Position numbers and translations under genes: made by a program. This document shows positions 13,261 through 25,684 of a stretch of DNA of 64,000 nucleotides, piece by piece. The notes beneath the pieces are model-generated. The model saw nothing but the letters and a program-made list of their open reading frames with translations. It had not been told where the DNA came from and ran no database searches. The DNA comes from Octopus sinensis (Eukaryota). Each line of letters opens with the position of its first letter. The first letter of the stretch is position 1. The stretch spans positions 187,364,001-187,428,000 of the forward strand of contig NC_042998.1 of NCBI RefSeq assembly GCF_006345805.1, read 5' to 3'.

Positions 13261-13305
13261 CACACGGACTCGAGTTTCTGAATATTGACCTGTCATCAGC
13301 GTGTG
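13261..13305 (-). ncRNA. Type I hammerhead ribozyme motif
   Basis: CACACG-CTGATGA-(weak stem II)-GAAAC-TCGA-GTC-CGTGTG. Perfect 6-bp stem I, palindromic stem III (ACTCGAGT), GUC triplet. Confidence 0.7.
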
Positions 13306-14429
13306 ACAATCATGACTCTCGATATTGAGGATTATATTATTATTCTGTGCAACCTTTTTTACCATGGTAGGATTTGGTTGCTATTTCTAACAGGTTGATA
13401 ACTTGTTTTTATATAAAAATGTAGGTAATGATATATTTCTAACAGTAATTGAAATATGTTATTCTGTGTGCTTTTAATCTTTTATAAAAATGTGTAGACC
13501 ATCAGTGGATAATATCAACAGCTATTAAAGTATTTGATAAAGGGAAGTAAACCTTGTTGAGAAAGAAAACCTGTTATTTGCATTAATTCTTATTTACTAA
13601 TTCTGTAAACGGATTGAAACGTAGTGTAGATGTGAACATAAAAGGAATATTTCATCTTTAAAGATGTGCTTAATAGTCAGAAAAATCATAATTATTCCAT
13701 ACTACATATTTTTAGATTTGTTATATTTGTGTTTTAATTTCAAAAGCCAACTAAACGGCCTTTAACTTTCTTCAGGTCAATAAAATAAGTACAAGTAGTT
13801 ATCACTGGGATTTATTTAGCTGATCATACCCAAGAGATACAAATTAGCAACCTTGTTGCTAATGTAAGATATTGTTATTTTATATACTGGGCAGTTATTT
13901 AGGTGTTTTTAGTAGCATCTGGTGAACATTATTCTTTTAGGATGGTTTGATTAAAAGTGAACAAATTTTCTAAGATTTAAAATTCCATCCAGTCATTTAT
14001 GCTACTGCCTTCCATTTCTGGGAGGGTTGTAGGAGTAGAGTCCCTACATCTCCTCCACAGTCATATCAACAGCAACCATCATTACACTTTTCAACTGGCC
14101 TCCCAAGCATGACCAGCTGAGAATATGGATGGCCTGCCCCTAGGTCTCCTGCTGGTTGACTCAGCTTGAATATGTCTTTCAAGCCTTTCCTTTTCCTGTG
14201 ACCTTCTACTCTCATGTTTGTTCTATCAGAGCTGTGACCTCTCAATGTGAAGATGTAGTGGCTTAACCTAGAAAGACTCATTTTTTTTAATGAAATTTGC
14301 AATGATTTCTTTGAATTATTCAAAGGAAGGGGCAATATAATGAAGTATTAAATTGAAATTGGAATAATTCTTATTTTGTATTGGATTAAATCAGATAAAG
14401 AGAGAGGCATTAACTATAGTAGCAAAAGG

Positions 14430-14776
14430 CTGAGGATGAAGTATTGAAGGCCGATATCAAAATGTTGAGCTTTATGAAGGAGATGACAGAGGACCAAGAT
14501 ATGTGGCACATTGCTGTACTTAAGAAAACCATGCGTCACAACAGAATTGAGATCCTAAAACCAAGGTGCCATGTAAAAAGTATTGGTGCTGGTACCACAT
14601 AAGAGGCACCCAGTACACTTTGTGGGGTGGTTGGCATTAGGAAGGGCATCCAGCTGTAGAAACCATGCCAAAACAGACTATGGAACCAGGTGTGGACCCT
14701 GTCCTTATTAGTTCCTGTTAAGCTGTCCAACCCATGCCAGCATGGAAAACGGACGTTAAATGATGATGGTGATGAT
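14430..14776 (+). mobile_element. RTE 3' end including the ORF C-terminus
   Basis: DEVLKADIKMLSFMKEMTEDQDMWHIAVLKKT followed by the same 3' UTR, which ties the UTR repeat to a LINE. Confidence 0.7.
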
Positions 14777-15235
14777 CTTGACCTTATTACATTAATTTAA
14801 TTTTGATAATAGAAATATATATAACTAGCTTAAGGTGGCTGTAGTTGACAGGAAGCTGCAGGTGGAACCCTTCTACAGGTGAATTCTAATTCAGTCCTCA
14901 TTGCCCAACTCAGAAAAGCATACAGACTAAGAGGCAAAATGCTTGTGACCCTGAAATACCAAGTGATGATACAGAAAAGTGTCCAACACAGTAATGGATT
15001 CAGAAGAAGAGCTTGTAACACCTCTGAGTTGCTCTTGTAGTTTCTGCATGGGCCAAGGCATATTCGATGTTTATTTCATCTATGAAAGTCAGATAGAATA
15101 TCATAAGTCTTGAGTTGAAGTTGATTACATGTTTCTTGTTGTATTCTATGTACATCAGTTCATGTCAGATATATGTATCAGCTCTCTGGACATTACGGTC
15201 ATCAATCAGTGGAGTTTTCCATGTGTTTTCCACTC

Positions 15236-15700
15236 ATCATCATCATCATTTAATGTCTGCTTTCCATGCTAACATGGGTTCGACGATTTGACTGAGGTCT
15301 GGCGACCCAAACTCCGATCTGATCTGGCAGAGTTTCTACAGCTGGATGCCCTTCCTAATGCCAACCACTCTGAGAGTGTAGTGGGTGCTTTTACGTGCCA
15401 CCGGCACGAGGGCCAGTTTGGTGGAACTGGCAACGCCCACGCCCAAATGGTGCTTTTTATGTGCCACCTGCACAGGAGCCAGTCCAGTGGCACTGGCGAC
15501 GACCTCGCTCGAATATTTCACATGCCACCAGCACAAGTGCTAGTAAGGCGATGCAGTAACAGTCACGCTGGAATGGTGTGTTTAATGTGCCATTGGCATG
15601 AAGGCCAGCTTGTTGCTCTGGCAACAATCTCACTCGTATGGTACTCTTAGCGCTCCACTAGCAACGGATGCCAGTCACCGAGTTTGATTTCGACTTTCAC
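15236..15700 (-). mobile_element. RTE 3' UTR with internal ~60-66-bp units
   Basis: (CAT)n tail at 15236, units at about 15395, 15461, 15521 and 15587. Confidence 0.8.
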
Positions 15701-15891
15701 ACTGTGAAACCAAAACCACAGGATTTTGGAAATATTTTAATTTTATTTTCATACAGTAACATTATTTAATACTTTAAAAGGTTTTTTTCCTTTAAAATGT
15801 AACGATGAAACAGTTAAAATATTTCTGGATTATTTATATTTTTTGATAACATAAAATTTTACATGTCACTTTTGTTTTCCTCTTCTTTCAG

Positions 15892-15966
15892 AAACTTAAC
15901 CCTGTTGGTAAACCAATGCCCCCTCCTGCTATCTCTCTATCACCTAATCACAGCTTGTATAATGAG
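15892..15966 (+). CDS. CERT1: CERT linker exon with GC donor: KLNPVGKPMPPPAISLSPNHSLYNE
   Basis: Strong acceptor (ttttcctcttctttcag), 75 nt open in phase 0, ends GAG|GCAAGT. HSLYNE|INQIT aligns with human HRFVQK|VEEMV (from memory). Confidence 0.75.
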
Positions 15967-16333
15967 GCAAGTTCAGTTAATTATCTATTGAAGCTCTGAT
16001 GTAGTAAACTACTCTACATTTCTTAATTATTAAGAATATTATTGTTTACCTTTTAATATATTTAATCAGATGTATACTTAAATGTAATGAAACTTTATAA
16101 GATATTCATTAAAAAAGTAATCATTATAAGCAGAAAAGTTAATTGCTTGTAAAACTATTTCGTTTTCCTTGTTTACTGATATTTGCTTGCTTTCTAAATC
16201 TCTACCTGAGTTATATGTTTATATATATATATGAAACTTTTGCTTTGCAATTGACTTTTACATTCAGGAATGATTTGGTTCCAAAATAGTAAGATATCTT
16301 TGTTGATTAAAATATATACTTTTTTTTTTAAAG

Positions 16334-16504
16334 ATTAATCAAATTACGGGTGAACACTTGAATTATTTAGAAGAAAAAAATGCTGCAGGTGAAGAAGATA
16401 ACTGGATTCTTATTCATGAAGAAGGAGAGATGAAAGTTTTGAAACGAGAACTAGAAGAGGATGGGCTTGTCATTGATCCTCTGAAAGCTGTCCATACAGT
16501 TAAG
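16334..16504 (+). CDS. CERT1: CERT START exon 1: INQITGEHLNY...WILIHEEGEMKVLKRELEEDGLVIDPLKAVHTVK
   Basis: Poly-T aaag acceptor, gtaagc donor, 171 nt. EEGEMKV and DPLKA START motifs. Confidence 0.93.
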
Positions 16505-17028
16505 GTAAGCCATTCTATAAATTGGAATCATAGTAAACACACTTGATTTTTATAATTTTGGTATTTGTTGATAAAGAAACTTGCCTTCTCTATCCTATTC
16601 TGCTAGATTTTAGAATCTACTTCTTAAATAATCATTGTTGAAGGTCTTATCACACTGCCCTTTTTCAGATTGAAACAAATAGTTGAAGCATCAGTGGCTT
16701 TGTTAACTTTTTGCAATCATGACTGCAAAATTTCAAATATGTGTTTATATCTGATATCTATCAGTATAAATAAAAATGTAAAACAACTACTATGGTTGCG
16801 AGTTCAAACTTCACCACAATTATTGTTTTAAGGTGTCTCACTCTGTTTGTGGGTTACTATATGTATCTTACCTACTTGTGGTTAGCAACAGGCAGGATAT
16901 TCAATTCTTCCAGCAGTTTGCAAGTATCTAAATTTACCAAAGAAAAAAAAAATCTTATGTTAAAATGAAAAAATAAATGTAATAAAAATGTCTTTTCTTT
17001 AAGCATTTGATTGTTTATTTGATGTATT

Positions 17029-17247
17029 TTAACTCTTTAATCTCCAGATTACTCTATCAAATGAAATGCTTATTTATTAACATTGTTTTGAAGTAACCAT
17101 GCATTTTCTTAGAGCTTTGATATTTTGATGATGTGCTTGTTTATTTTTATGACATTTTAGGATAGGCGTGAAATGCCAGATCTGGCTAGTTTGAATGTAA
17201 AACAGTATTTGGGCCGGATATGACTGGTTTAAATGCTAATGGGTTAA
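17029..17247. mobile_element. piggyBac-type MITE copy
   Basis: Same body as 63307-63527, TTAA at both ends, diverged TIRs. Confidence 0.75.
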
Positions 17248-17768
17248 CAACCAAATATGTTTACTCGTTTATTTCTAATGATAAATGTTTTTACTGATCG
17301 AGATTTGAACATGCTACATTAGTCACCAAATTATGTTTATAGATGAACGGAATTTGGCATGTCGGAGTAGGGAGTCAGCTGTTAGTTTCTTCAAAGATCT
17401 AAGATAGGAGCTATGGTCCAAAACTTATAACTCTAAACTATGCCATCTCTTAATGAGGTTTTCATTTTGTTTTGAATCTCAAATGCATTATTTTACTTGC
17501 AGACATCTAATTACTGGAAATCTCTTTTTGTAAATTAAGTGCACAGTACTCTAAATAATATAAAGAAGGCTGGTTAATAATCCAAATAACCTTAGTTCTC
17601 TTCTAAATGCACCTGTCTCAAAAATATGGACATGTAATCATTTCACTAACATACAGTCAGATCCTTGGTGAAGGTTTTTCCTTTACCACTATCTTCTAAC
17701 TGAATAACAAAAAGAAGCAGTATTGTGTTGAATGTCATATTTAATAAAGTTTTCTTTTTCTCTTCAAG

Positions 17769-17832
17769 GGAATCACTGGTCATGAGATTTGTCATTATTT
17801 CTGGGACTTGAATGTACGAATGGATTGGGAAG
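17769..17832 (+). CDS. CERT1: CERT START exon 2: GITGHEICHYFWDLNVRMDWE(G)
   Basis: caag/gtaaga boundaries, 64 nt, matches GVTGHEVCNYFW...DWE. Confidence 0.93.
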
Positions 17833-18752
17833 GTAAGAAACAAACATATCAACCATCTTCTTATATTTCAATTCTAGAACAGTATGTAATTATTTTACAT
17901 AAAACAGTGCATAGAAGCAGTGCATTGGTTTATTGGTGGTCTGTTGGTCCATAGAAAAGTCACGGGTTAAAATCCTGCTCAGGATTATGCTTTGTGTCAT
18001 AAATATATTGTTCTTTTCTCAGTTTATCTAGCTTTTCAGTTTGTAGTTCAGCATCAGTAATGAATCATTATCAATAATATCTTGTGAAATATGATGATGC
18101 AATCTTTGCTAATAATAACATATCTGAAATGACCTTGCAAAGAACAAATCAATTCCCAGAAGTGTATAGTAAGGTACAGAATGAAGTTTTGAGCTAATAA
18201 GCTCTTCCTGGAGCATTCTAGTGAAGAATTCTGTATGTCTGATGGAAATAAATACGATGGAAATTTAAACGTATCTGATTTTCCTGTGAATTTGTGAAGA
18301 AATGTTGCCCTGAGAATGATAATCAAAGGTCATTTTAGTAACTAATTTTGAAATAACTTGGAACCATATTGAATTTTTGAACTCCAACTTTTCACAAATT
18401 TAAATATTCGTTGCATTCACTGCAGAATATTCTGTTTTCATTTGCAAAGTTTCTCACTCTCTATTTCAATGTTTTCATTCCGAGCTTTAATTTGCTATTT
18501 GCAAAACCCACAGTTTATTCTGTAAAGCTTACAGATGGACATACAGAATTCTTCACTAGAATGCTCCAGGAAGAGCTTATTAGCTCAAAACTTCATTCTG
18601 TACCTTACTATACACTTCTGGGAATTGATTTGTTCTTTGCAAGGTCATTTGCAAGGCTGCTGAATTGAAATCTCTATGTTGCTTTGATGGGAAGGTAAAA
18701 CTTGACAAACTGCTTCTCCTTCTGTAGTTGGACTATTTTGATGTTTGTTTAA

Positions 18753-20491
18753 CCCTTTAGTGTTTTTGAGGTTCAAGAGAGGTGTCCACAATATTTGCTT
18801 GTAACTTTGTTAATTTTTTACATACAGGTTTGAAATTTTGTCAGTGGGTGCTTATATACCAGTGGATTATTGTTATGTAATTTTAACTGATCTTGCTGAT
18901 TAAACTTGACTTTTATGGGCAGGTCAATTTAATTAATAGGTGTAAAACCAATAGCATTATGGATAAACACTAAAATTGAAATTCTAAATGCATCTTACCT
19001 GTTTGATTTGTTATTAAAATTATCCCAGATGTCAACTGCCAACAATTTTTCCACTTTTCAAGATGAGGTACATTAATTTGAATTTAAATACAGGTATAAT
19101 CAGCGCAAGGTTTTATTCTTTCTCTATATTTCATTCAAATATTTTCATTGAAAATAAAGTACAAAACTCTTTTACTAGTCAATGTACTATTGGCTATGTA
19201 CTCTTATACCATTTAATGAATGCATTTACATAACAATGCATCTAATAAAAAAAAAAGCTCATTAACAGGTGAGACAAAAGTGTAACATACTGAAAATTAA
19301 TATTTATTTCTCACTTTCACATATTTGTAATAAAATGAAAGGAATATATAATAGTATTACTATCAAACAAAATATAGTTATGCCATATTTTTATCGTGAA
19401 ACTGTCCAAAGCACCCTTTACACAAGGGCACTTTGCAATATGAACACATATATGAGGTCTTGATCTGATATCCATTTGCAGTTTTTCTTTTTTGTAGCAA
19501 ACTTCTTTCCTTTCATTTATTTTTTCAACTTTATGAAAGTCAGTATTTTCTCTGTTGGCATCCACCTCAGTTAATTTTGCTTTTCTCCCAATTCTGTACT
19601 TTCTGGAAGAAAAGCCCTCACGTAACTGAGATGCAATGTCAACCCGAAATTTCAAATGGCCGGTGTCTTTTGGTGGCAGAGGTGCCTTGTGGCTTTTTAC
19701 ATAAACAATATATGAATTAACTATAGTTAGACATAATGCTGGAGATATATGGATCACCATACCTTATATCAGGATTCCAGTAGTTCCACATTTGAGGAAT
19801 ATAGTGTTTATAGTAAAAAAAACTTGCATTTCTACAGTATCTGTGGACTGCCATAGTGGATCAGGTCTTCCATGAATAGAAATTATGCATTGAGCATATC
19901 TGTTTCCTCTATGACAGTTTTAAAAAAAACTTTTTGGTAAAAATAAAAATAAATAGTCCAATGGCTGAACATCAGGAGGTAGACTATTGTGGACTAATCT
20001 TTTCTGTGAAATCAGAAATTGTGGTTGATGTAGTAATCTTCAACTATGTTGCTGTAATGTTTTCAATATCCTTTTTATCACTTTCATTTACTCCACTTCC
20101 ATAATCTTCCGATGAAGATTTATAAATATTAATATAAGGTTTGATCTGAAGACAAAATCACCATTGTTTTCATTTATATTTTGTACATCATCAAGAGTAA
20201 TACCTTTGAAGTTGGAATCACTATTTGCTGACATCATATTGTTAAAAACTAAGATATACACTTCTCTTCAAATGTTGGAAGGGAGTCTCAAAAATTTCCT
20301 ATTTTTACTTGAATAAAGGCAGGAAAGGTTTTATTTCATATTATCTCAAAGCTATGAGAATTCAGTAATGTAATTTGTTTATTCTTTTAGCAATTTCATA
20401 GAGTAATCAGATACGGCTGGATTTGGCCGATTCAAACAAATAAAAGGGGAATAATTCTCAGCCTGTTTTGGCTGGTCTAAACACTAAAGGG
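18753..20491 (-). mobile_element. Internally deleted piggyBac transposon
   Basis: TTAA TSDs (18749-52, 20492-95) and perfect 13-bp TIR CCCTTTAGTGTTT. Frameshifted transposase remnants at 19378-20237: PLDYLFLF, WQSTDTVEM, NYWNPD...IMS, LTIVNSYIVY...HLKFRVDIASQL, KTSYMCSYCKVPLCKGCFGQFH. Confidence 0.85.
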
Positions 20492-21319
20492 TTAAAAAGA
20501 GAGAGAGATGGCTGATAAAATAATGAAAGCAGTGTTTGCTAAGAAAGTGAGCACTATTATACAAAGATATCATCAGATGTAAAATATAACAATTATTAGA
20601 ATTGGGAATCAAATGTGAAAATATTATCAAGTGGCTGGCAGAAAACTGCCTGGAGGGCAGTCTTTCTGCTAGTGAGTCAAATGGAGTTTATTGACCCTCT
20701 TGAAGGTTGGCAACAAGAAGGGCTCCTGGCTGTAGAAAATCCTGGAGCTATAATAGAAGTCACTTGTCCCGAGTGCAATGCAGTGGTATTGTGGTTAAGA
20801 AGCAAACATCTTAACCACACAACCCTGCCTGCCTGAACCTATATTCTTAAGAATACATGTTCTCTGTATTCTTCCCTCAGCTTTCATTCTCTCTTCATTT
20901 TTTTTTTTTTTTAGATATTTATCTTATGAATATTTGATTTTTTGGCTTTTAACAATGTGTTATTTGCCCGTTTCATTGCAATAAGAACTTTTTATTGTCA
21001 GATTGGTACTATCTCACTTCTGGTCTGACCAAAGCAAGACTTATCAGAATACTGATTATTATATGAAATATTGATAATTCCTTTCTTTCATTTTATGGAG
21101 AAGAAAACTACATTTTGCACTGATGCATATACACACTTATACGTGCTTGGGTGCACTCTCTTGCTCATTTCCTTGTACATACGCATATATTTATTTGCAC
21201 ACACACACATACACCTGCATTCACTTGTACACAAATTTTATGATTATCTTAATGAACCTGATTTGTTTCTTCAAACATTTATCTAATAAATTACTGAAAT
21301 TGATTCTCTATATTGCTAG

Positions 21320-21519
21320 GCACTCTTGAAAGCACTCGGTGTATAGAATGGTTGTCTGAAGATACCTTTGTCAGTCACAATGTCATAAAACGTGTATGGC
21401 CTGCATCACAAAGAGATGCTCTTTTCTGGTCCCATATTCGGCATGTTATTAGTGATGATGAAGAAAAACCAGATCTCTGGATTGTTGTCAATTATTCCAC
21501 AGACCATCCCAGTGTGCCA
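21320..21519 (+). CDS. CERT1: CERT START exon 3: TLESTRCIEWLSEDTFVSHNVIKRVWPASQRDALFWSHIRH...WIVVNYSTDHPSVP
   Basis: ctag/gtaagt boundaries, 200 nt, KRVWPASQRD motif, phases consistent with neighbours. Confidence 0.95.
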
Positions 21520-21604
21520 GTAAGTAATATTTTCTTGAAGATTCCTTAATCATATTTTTACTGACCTATTCCCAAACATCTTTGTATTGTTTTTACTGAT
21601 CTCA

Positions 21605-22030
21605 TCTCTCTATATATATAAATGGCAAAATGTCTGTGTGTGTGTCCTTTATACAAATCCACAATTTTTCAGTTAGAGGGCTCACACTTTCTATGGTCAT
21701 TCAAAACCGTCCAAGGGTGGTCGTGCACATCTTTACATTTCCCCAGTCACCCCACAAAGCCATTAAAAAATCAATAGAAGTGACTTTTTGTGAAATTTCT
21801 ATCCAAAACCCAATCAAAATGCCTGAAACTTGATATGCCAATTGAATGCCAGCTAGCTGTATGTGATTGGTTGGAGATTTGGATAGTACTCACATGTATG
21901 TGCACATGCACGCAGGTGTGTAGGCATGCACTAGCACTATCATTACATCTATATTTTTATAGTCTTACTCTGACTTGTTATAATTTTTACCATCAGAACA
22001 TCATGTTAGAGGAGAGTGATTCTTCATAGT
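21605..22030 (+). mobile_element. Helitron-like element, 3' end unresolved
   Basis: A|TCTCTCTATATATATAAATGGCA start shared with 57910. No hairpin+CTAG end was found, so the end coordinate is approximate. Confidence 0.45.
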
Positions 22031-23060
22031 TGCAATGCTTAACCTACTCAGTCAAGAAACCAAATTTCTCTCTAAAAGCTCTCCACCATTTTCAGAATAA
22101 GGCTCTTATTTGCAAATTTGAAGATTATTATAATAATTTACATTTAAAACATCATGGTGCTACTACAGTTTTTTGTTTTATTTTTAACCCTTTAAATTGT
22201 GATATTTTTTCCAATTTGGCTGTTTCAATATAAACCGAAACCCTGGTGTATTTTTGCTAGAACAGTTAGAATTCTTGTTCCATTAACTTATTCAAACATA
22301 CTTTTCTATCCTGCTATTTTCTGTGTCTCTTTCTATAAGAAGAAACACTCATTTCTTCCTCAAGTTAGTCATCACTATAGTTTATTCATCTTCATTAGAC
22401 AAGTTTTGTTTCTTTACCACCTCAAAAGTACACTATGGGGGGGAAAAAGATTTGTTACAAAATCTCCTTCATTTTCTCATTTCTTTTATTGTGTAGCACT
22501 AGTACTCCAACAGTCTTGTAGAATATTGTTAGTCATAAATTCTTATCAACCATATAAAAAATGTTCAAAGTTGTTATTTATAAAATGATGAAACCTTGTT
22601 TAGCACCAGGGAAAAATAAAACCAAGATTTTAATTTTTCAGATTATTAACCTCATCTTTGGCGTATATTTACAATGTATTCATTTACACTACTAATGGTT
22701 ATCAAGTATTTTGTTGCTGAATATGTGCTTTGTCCTAGGCTGTATTTGAACTGATATGAATCTTTTCTGGGACTATTAATGTATACATATATCTGTGGCC
22801 AAAAGTATCTACACACATATAACATTAATAATTTGGGAAATTCTCTAACAACTATTCATCTCAGACATTTTAAATTTAGCTTTCAGCATTTATCACAATC
22901 TGATGAAGGTCATGATTTTTTGATGTATAGATTTTTTTTTTCCCTATCATTAGAAAAATAAAAAGGTGTCAGAAACTAGTACACTGGCCACAAGAGTACA
23001 TATGTAATCAATTAGCAACTGGTATACTGACTTGGGTTAAGATGATTATCATAACTGTAA

Positions 23061-23367
23061 TCTTTATATATAAAATTGAAGTTGTGTGTGTGAGACTCTG
23101 TCTCCTCCGATTTAGATTCCTAACTACTCCCACATTTTGCGGTGCAGTTTAACCAAAAGCGAGTATCTTATAGTCGTCATTCATATCGAGCCCTTCTGGG
23201 TATTAGCACGCGTCTACGATGAGTCTACAATTAAAAAAAAAATTTACCATCATTTTTCCACATTTTTAATGATTTTTGCTTGGGTTATATAAGGGAGGTA
23301 ACTCTCTAAAAATGCTTATATAGTTATTTCCCTTACAAATCCGAGCAACGCCGGGCGATACTGCTAG
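23061..23367 (+). mobile_element. Non-autonomous Helitron, family A
   Basis: A|TC start, 3' hairpin ccgagcaacgccggg, CTAG|T end, no TSD. Confidence 0.85.
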
Positions 23368-23513
23368 TTTTTCTTCATAATCACTAAATGTCAGTCTCCA
23401 TGTTGGTTTCATTTTATCTTTCTCTCCTGCATCTGAAGATATCATTCATTTCAGTAATACTATTTGTATGTTATATTAAATGCTAACTTTTTTCCATTTC
23501 TTCTTTGATGCAG

Positions 23514-23637
23514 CCTAATAAATATGTTCGTGTAAAAATGAATGTGTCAATGGCCTGTCAAACATTAATTGAACCGCCAAATGATAGTGAGATCACTCGG
23601 GACAATATAACGTGCAAAATCACATATACTGCCAATG
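23514..23637 (+). CDS. CERT1: CERT START exon 4: [41 protein letters not shown](V)
   Basis: gcag/gtaaga boundaries, 124 nt, CQTL and CKITY motifs. Confidence 0.94.
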
Positions 23638-23663
23638 GTAAGATATTTAAATTTGAAAATTAT

Positions 23664-23873
23664 TCTTTTACTCTTTTACTTGTTTCAGTCATGTGACTGT
23701 GGCCATGCTGGAGCACTGCCTTTAGTCAAGCAAATCGACAGCAGGACTTATTCTTTGTAAGCCTAGTACTCATTTTATCAGTCTCTTCTGCCGAACCACT
23801 AAGTTACGGGGACGTAAACACACCAGCTTCAGTTGTCAAGCAATGTTGGGGAGACAAACAGACACATAAACAT

Positions 23874-23949
<76 letters not shown>

Positions 23950-24043
23950 GATGGGCTTCTTTCAGTTTCCGTCTACCAAATCCACTCACAAGGCTTTGGT
24001 CGGCCCGAGACACTTGCCCAAGGTGCTACGCAGTGGAACTGAA
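23664..24043 (-). mobile_element. SINE family 1 copy, 5'-truncated, with expanded (TA)n
   Basis: Reverse-complement match, starting about 26 bp after the CERT donor at 23638. Confidence 0.85.
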
Positions 24044-24366
24044 CACAGAACAGTGAAGAAAAAAACTTTCAAGCAATAAGACATTTGCCCAAGATGCCAT
24101 GCAGTGGTATCAATCCCAGGTTCTTGTAATTTTGAAGCAAGCTTCTTAACCATTTGACCATGCATTGTCCACATCATAATGGTCTGTGCCACTCAAAGTT
24201 TAGTATTTATCTTATCTCCACTTCTGAGGTGATCTATTGTTGTGCATTTACATCATATCAATTCAGTTAGCTGTAACCATCAGAATGTGATTTTCTAAAT
24301 TTCTATTAAAACTTGCCAAAATTTTTTTTAGAATTAGGACACTTCTAATAAAGAAAAAAAAACAAC

Positions 24367-24648
24367 ATTCGAGCGAGGTCATTGCCAGTGCTGCTGGACT
24401 GGCTCTTCTACAGGTGTCACGTAAAAAGCACCATTTGAGCGTGGCCGTTGCCAGTACCACCAAACTGGCCCTCGTGCCGGTGGCATGTAAAAACACCCAC
24501 TACACTCTCAGAGTGGTTGGCATTAGGAAGGGCATCCAGCTGTAGAAACTCTGCCAGATCAGATTGGAGTCTGGTTCGCCAGACCTCAGTCAAATCGTCC
24601 AACCCATGCTAGCATGGAAAATGGATGTTAAACGATGATGATGATGAT
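24367..24648 (+). mobile_element. RTE 3' UTR fragment
   Basis: Same family. Other copies at about 33195, 33400, 35489, 46270(-), 49640, 50340, 51750 and 63958(-). Confidence 0.8.
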
Positions 24649-25253
24649 TCCTTAATATGATTAAATAGAGGGTGTATGTATTCAGGGTGGCAGATTTGAT
24701 CCAAAACTTGGTTTAATACTATCATGTGATCCTTGTGTATCCTTAGTGGAAATCCACTATGTTGCAAGCATTTGGTCCAGGCCTTTGATTTAAGGATAAC
24801 TTAGGAGTCAGACCTTCAAAAGCCAAAAAATTGTACTTGCATTTTTAGACTGTTAATCCTTGAAAATCTTTTGTTTTGAGTTGATTAGTCTTTCATCATC
24901 AAGGATCGTACAGTCAATGTTTGCTTGAACTAAGAAACCTGTTTTTTGTTTTTCATGATGCGTTCAATGTTTATCAACTATGTTGCAAACAAAAAGTATA
25001 GCTAACCTTCATAAAACAAATATGTGACACTTACTGGTAAGTGGAAGTATAAACTGTTAACAATATTTTTAACTTCTGTCTTTTGAAAGAAAAATATTCG
25101 CAAGTTTTGAGTTCAAATCTCACCAAAATTGACTTTGTTTTTCATTATTTGAGGGCTAATCAAAATTTCATCATGGAAATGTAAACATGACCTTGTACCA
25201 AATTTAAAGATTATTTTTTTATTGTTATAATTATAAATTTTTTTTTTTTACAG

Positions 25254-25381
25254 TTAACCCTGGAGGATGGGCCCCAGCATCTGTGTTGAGAGCTGTCTAC
25301 AAACGAGAATACCCTAAGTTTTTGAAACGCTTTACCTCATATGTGAAAGAAATCACTGCCAACAAACCTATTCTGCTTTAA
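25254..25381 (+). CDS. CERT1: CERT last coding exon: [41 protein letters not shown]
   Basis: Poly-T acag acceptor, [14 protein letters not shown]...[12 protein letters not shown] motif, TAA at 25379-25381. Confidence 0.96.
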
Positions 25382-25684
25382 TGATAAAACTCCTGTAAGT
25401 GAAGCCTGAGTTGTCTGTCTGTGTATCTGCCAACTCTCAGAGATATGGCACCCTAAGAAAAGGAAACAGCATCCATTTAAATAGTACTGCTGTCTTGTTG
25501 GTGAATCATCTTCTGTTGTAGGAACCCCTACAACTTCTCTGTCTCCAAGATATTACATTCTTGGTTCATTTTGCTAGTTCTTGCAAGTTCTATTTCACCA
25601 GCTTTAAACCACATTGGTTGTTTCACTGAGTCAGTTTCAACAACATTTATGTGTGATATTCTCTTTTTTTCCTCAATCATCAGA

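Noticed and set aside
16268-16288. Possible 21-nt poison microexon (cag|GAA TGA...|gtaaga)
   Set aside because: The downstream intron would be only 45 nt. AG/GT pairs are frequent by chance.
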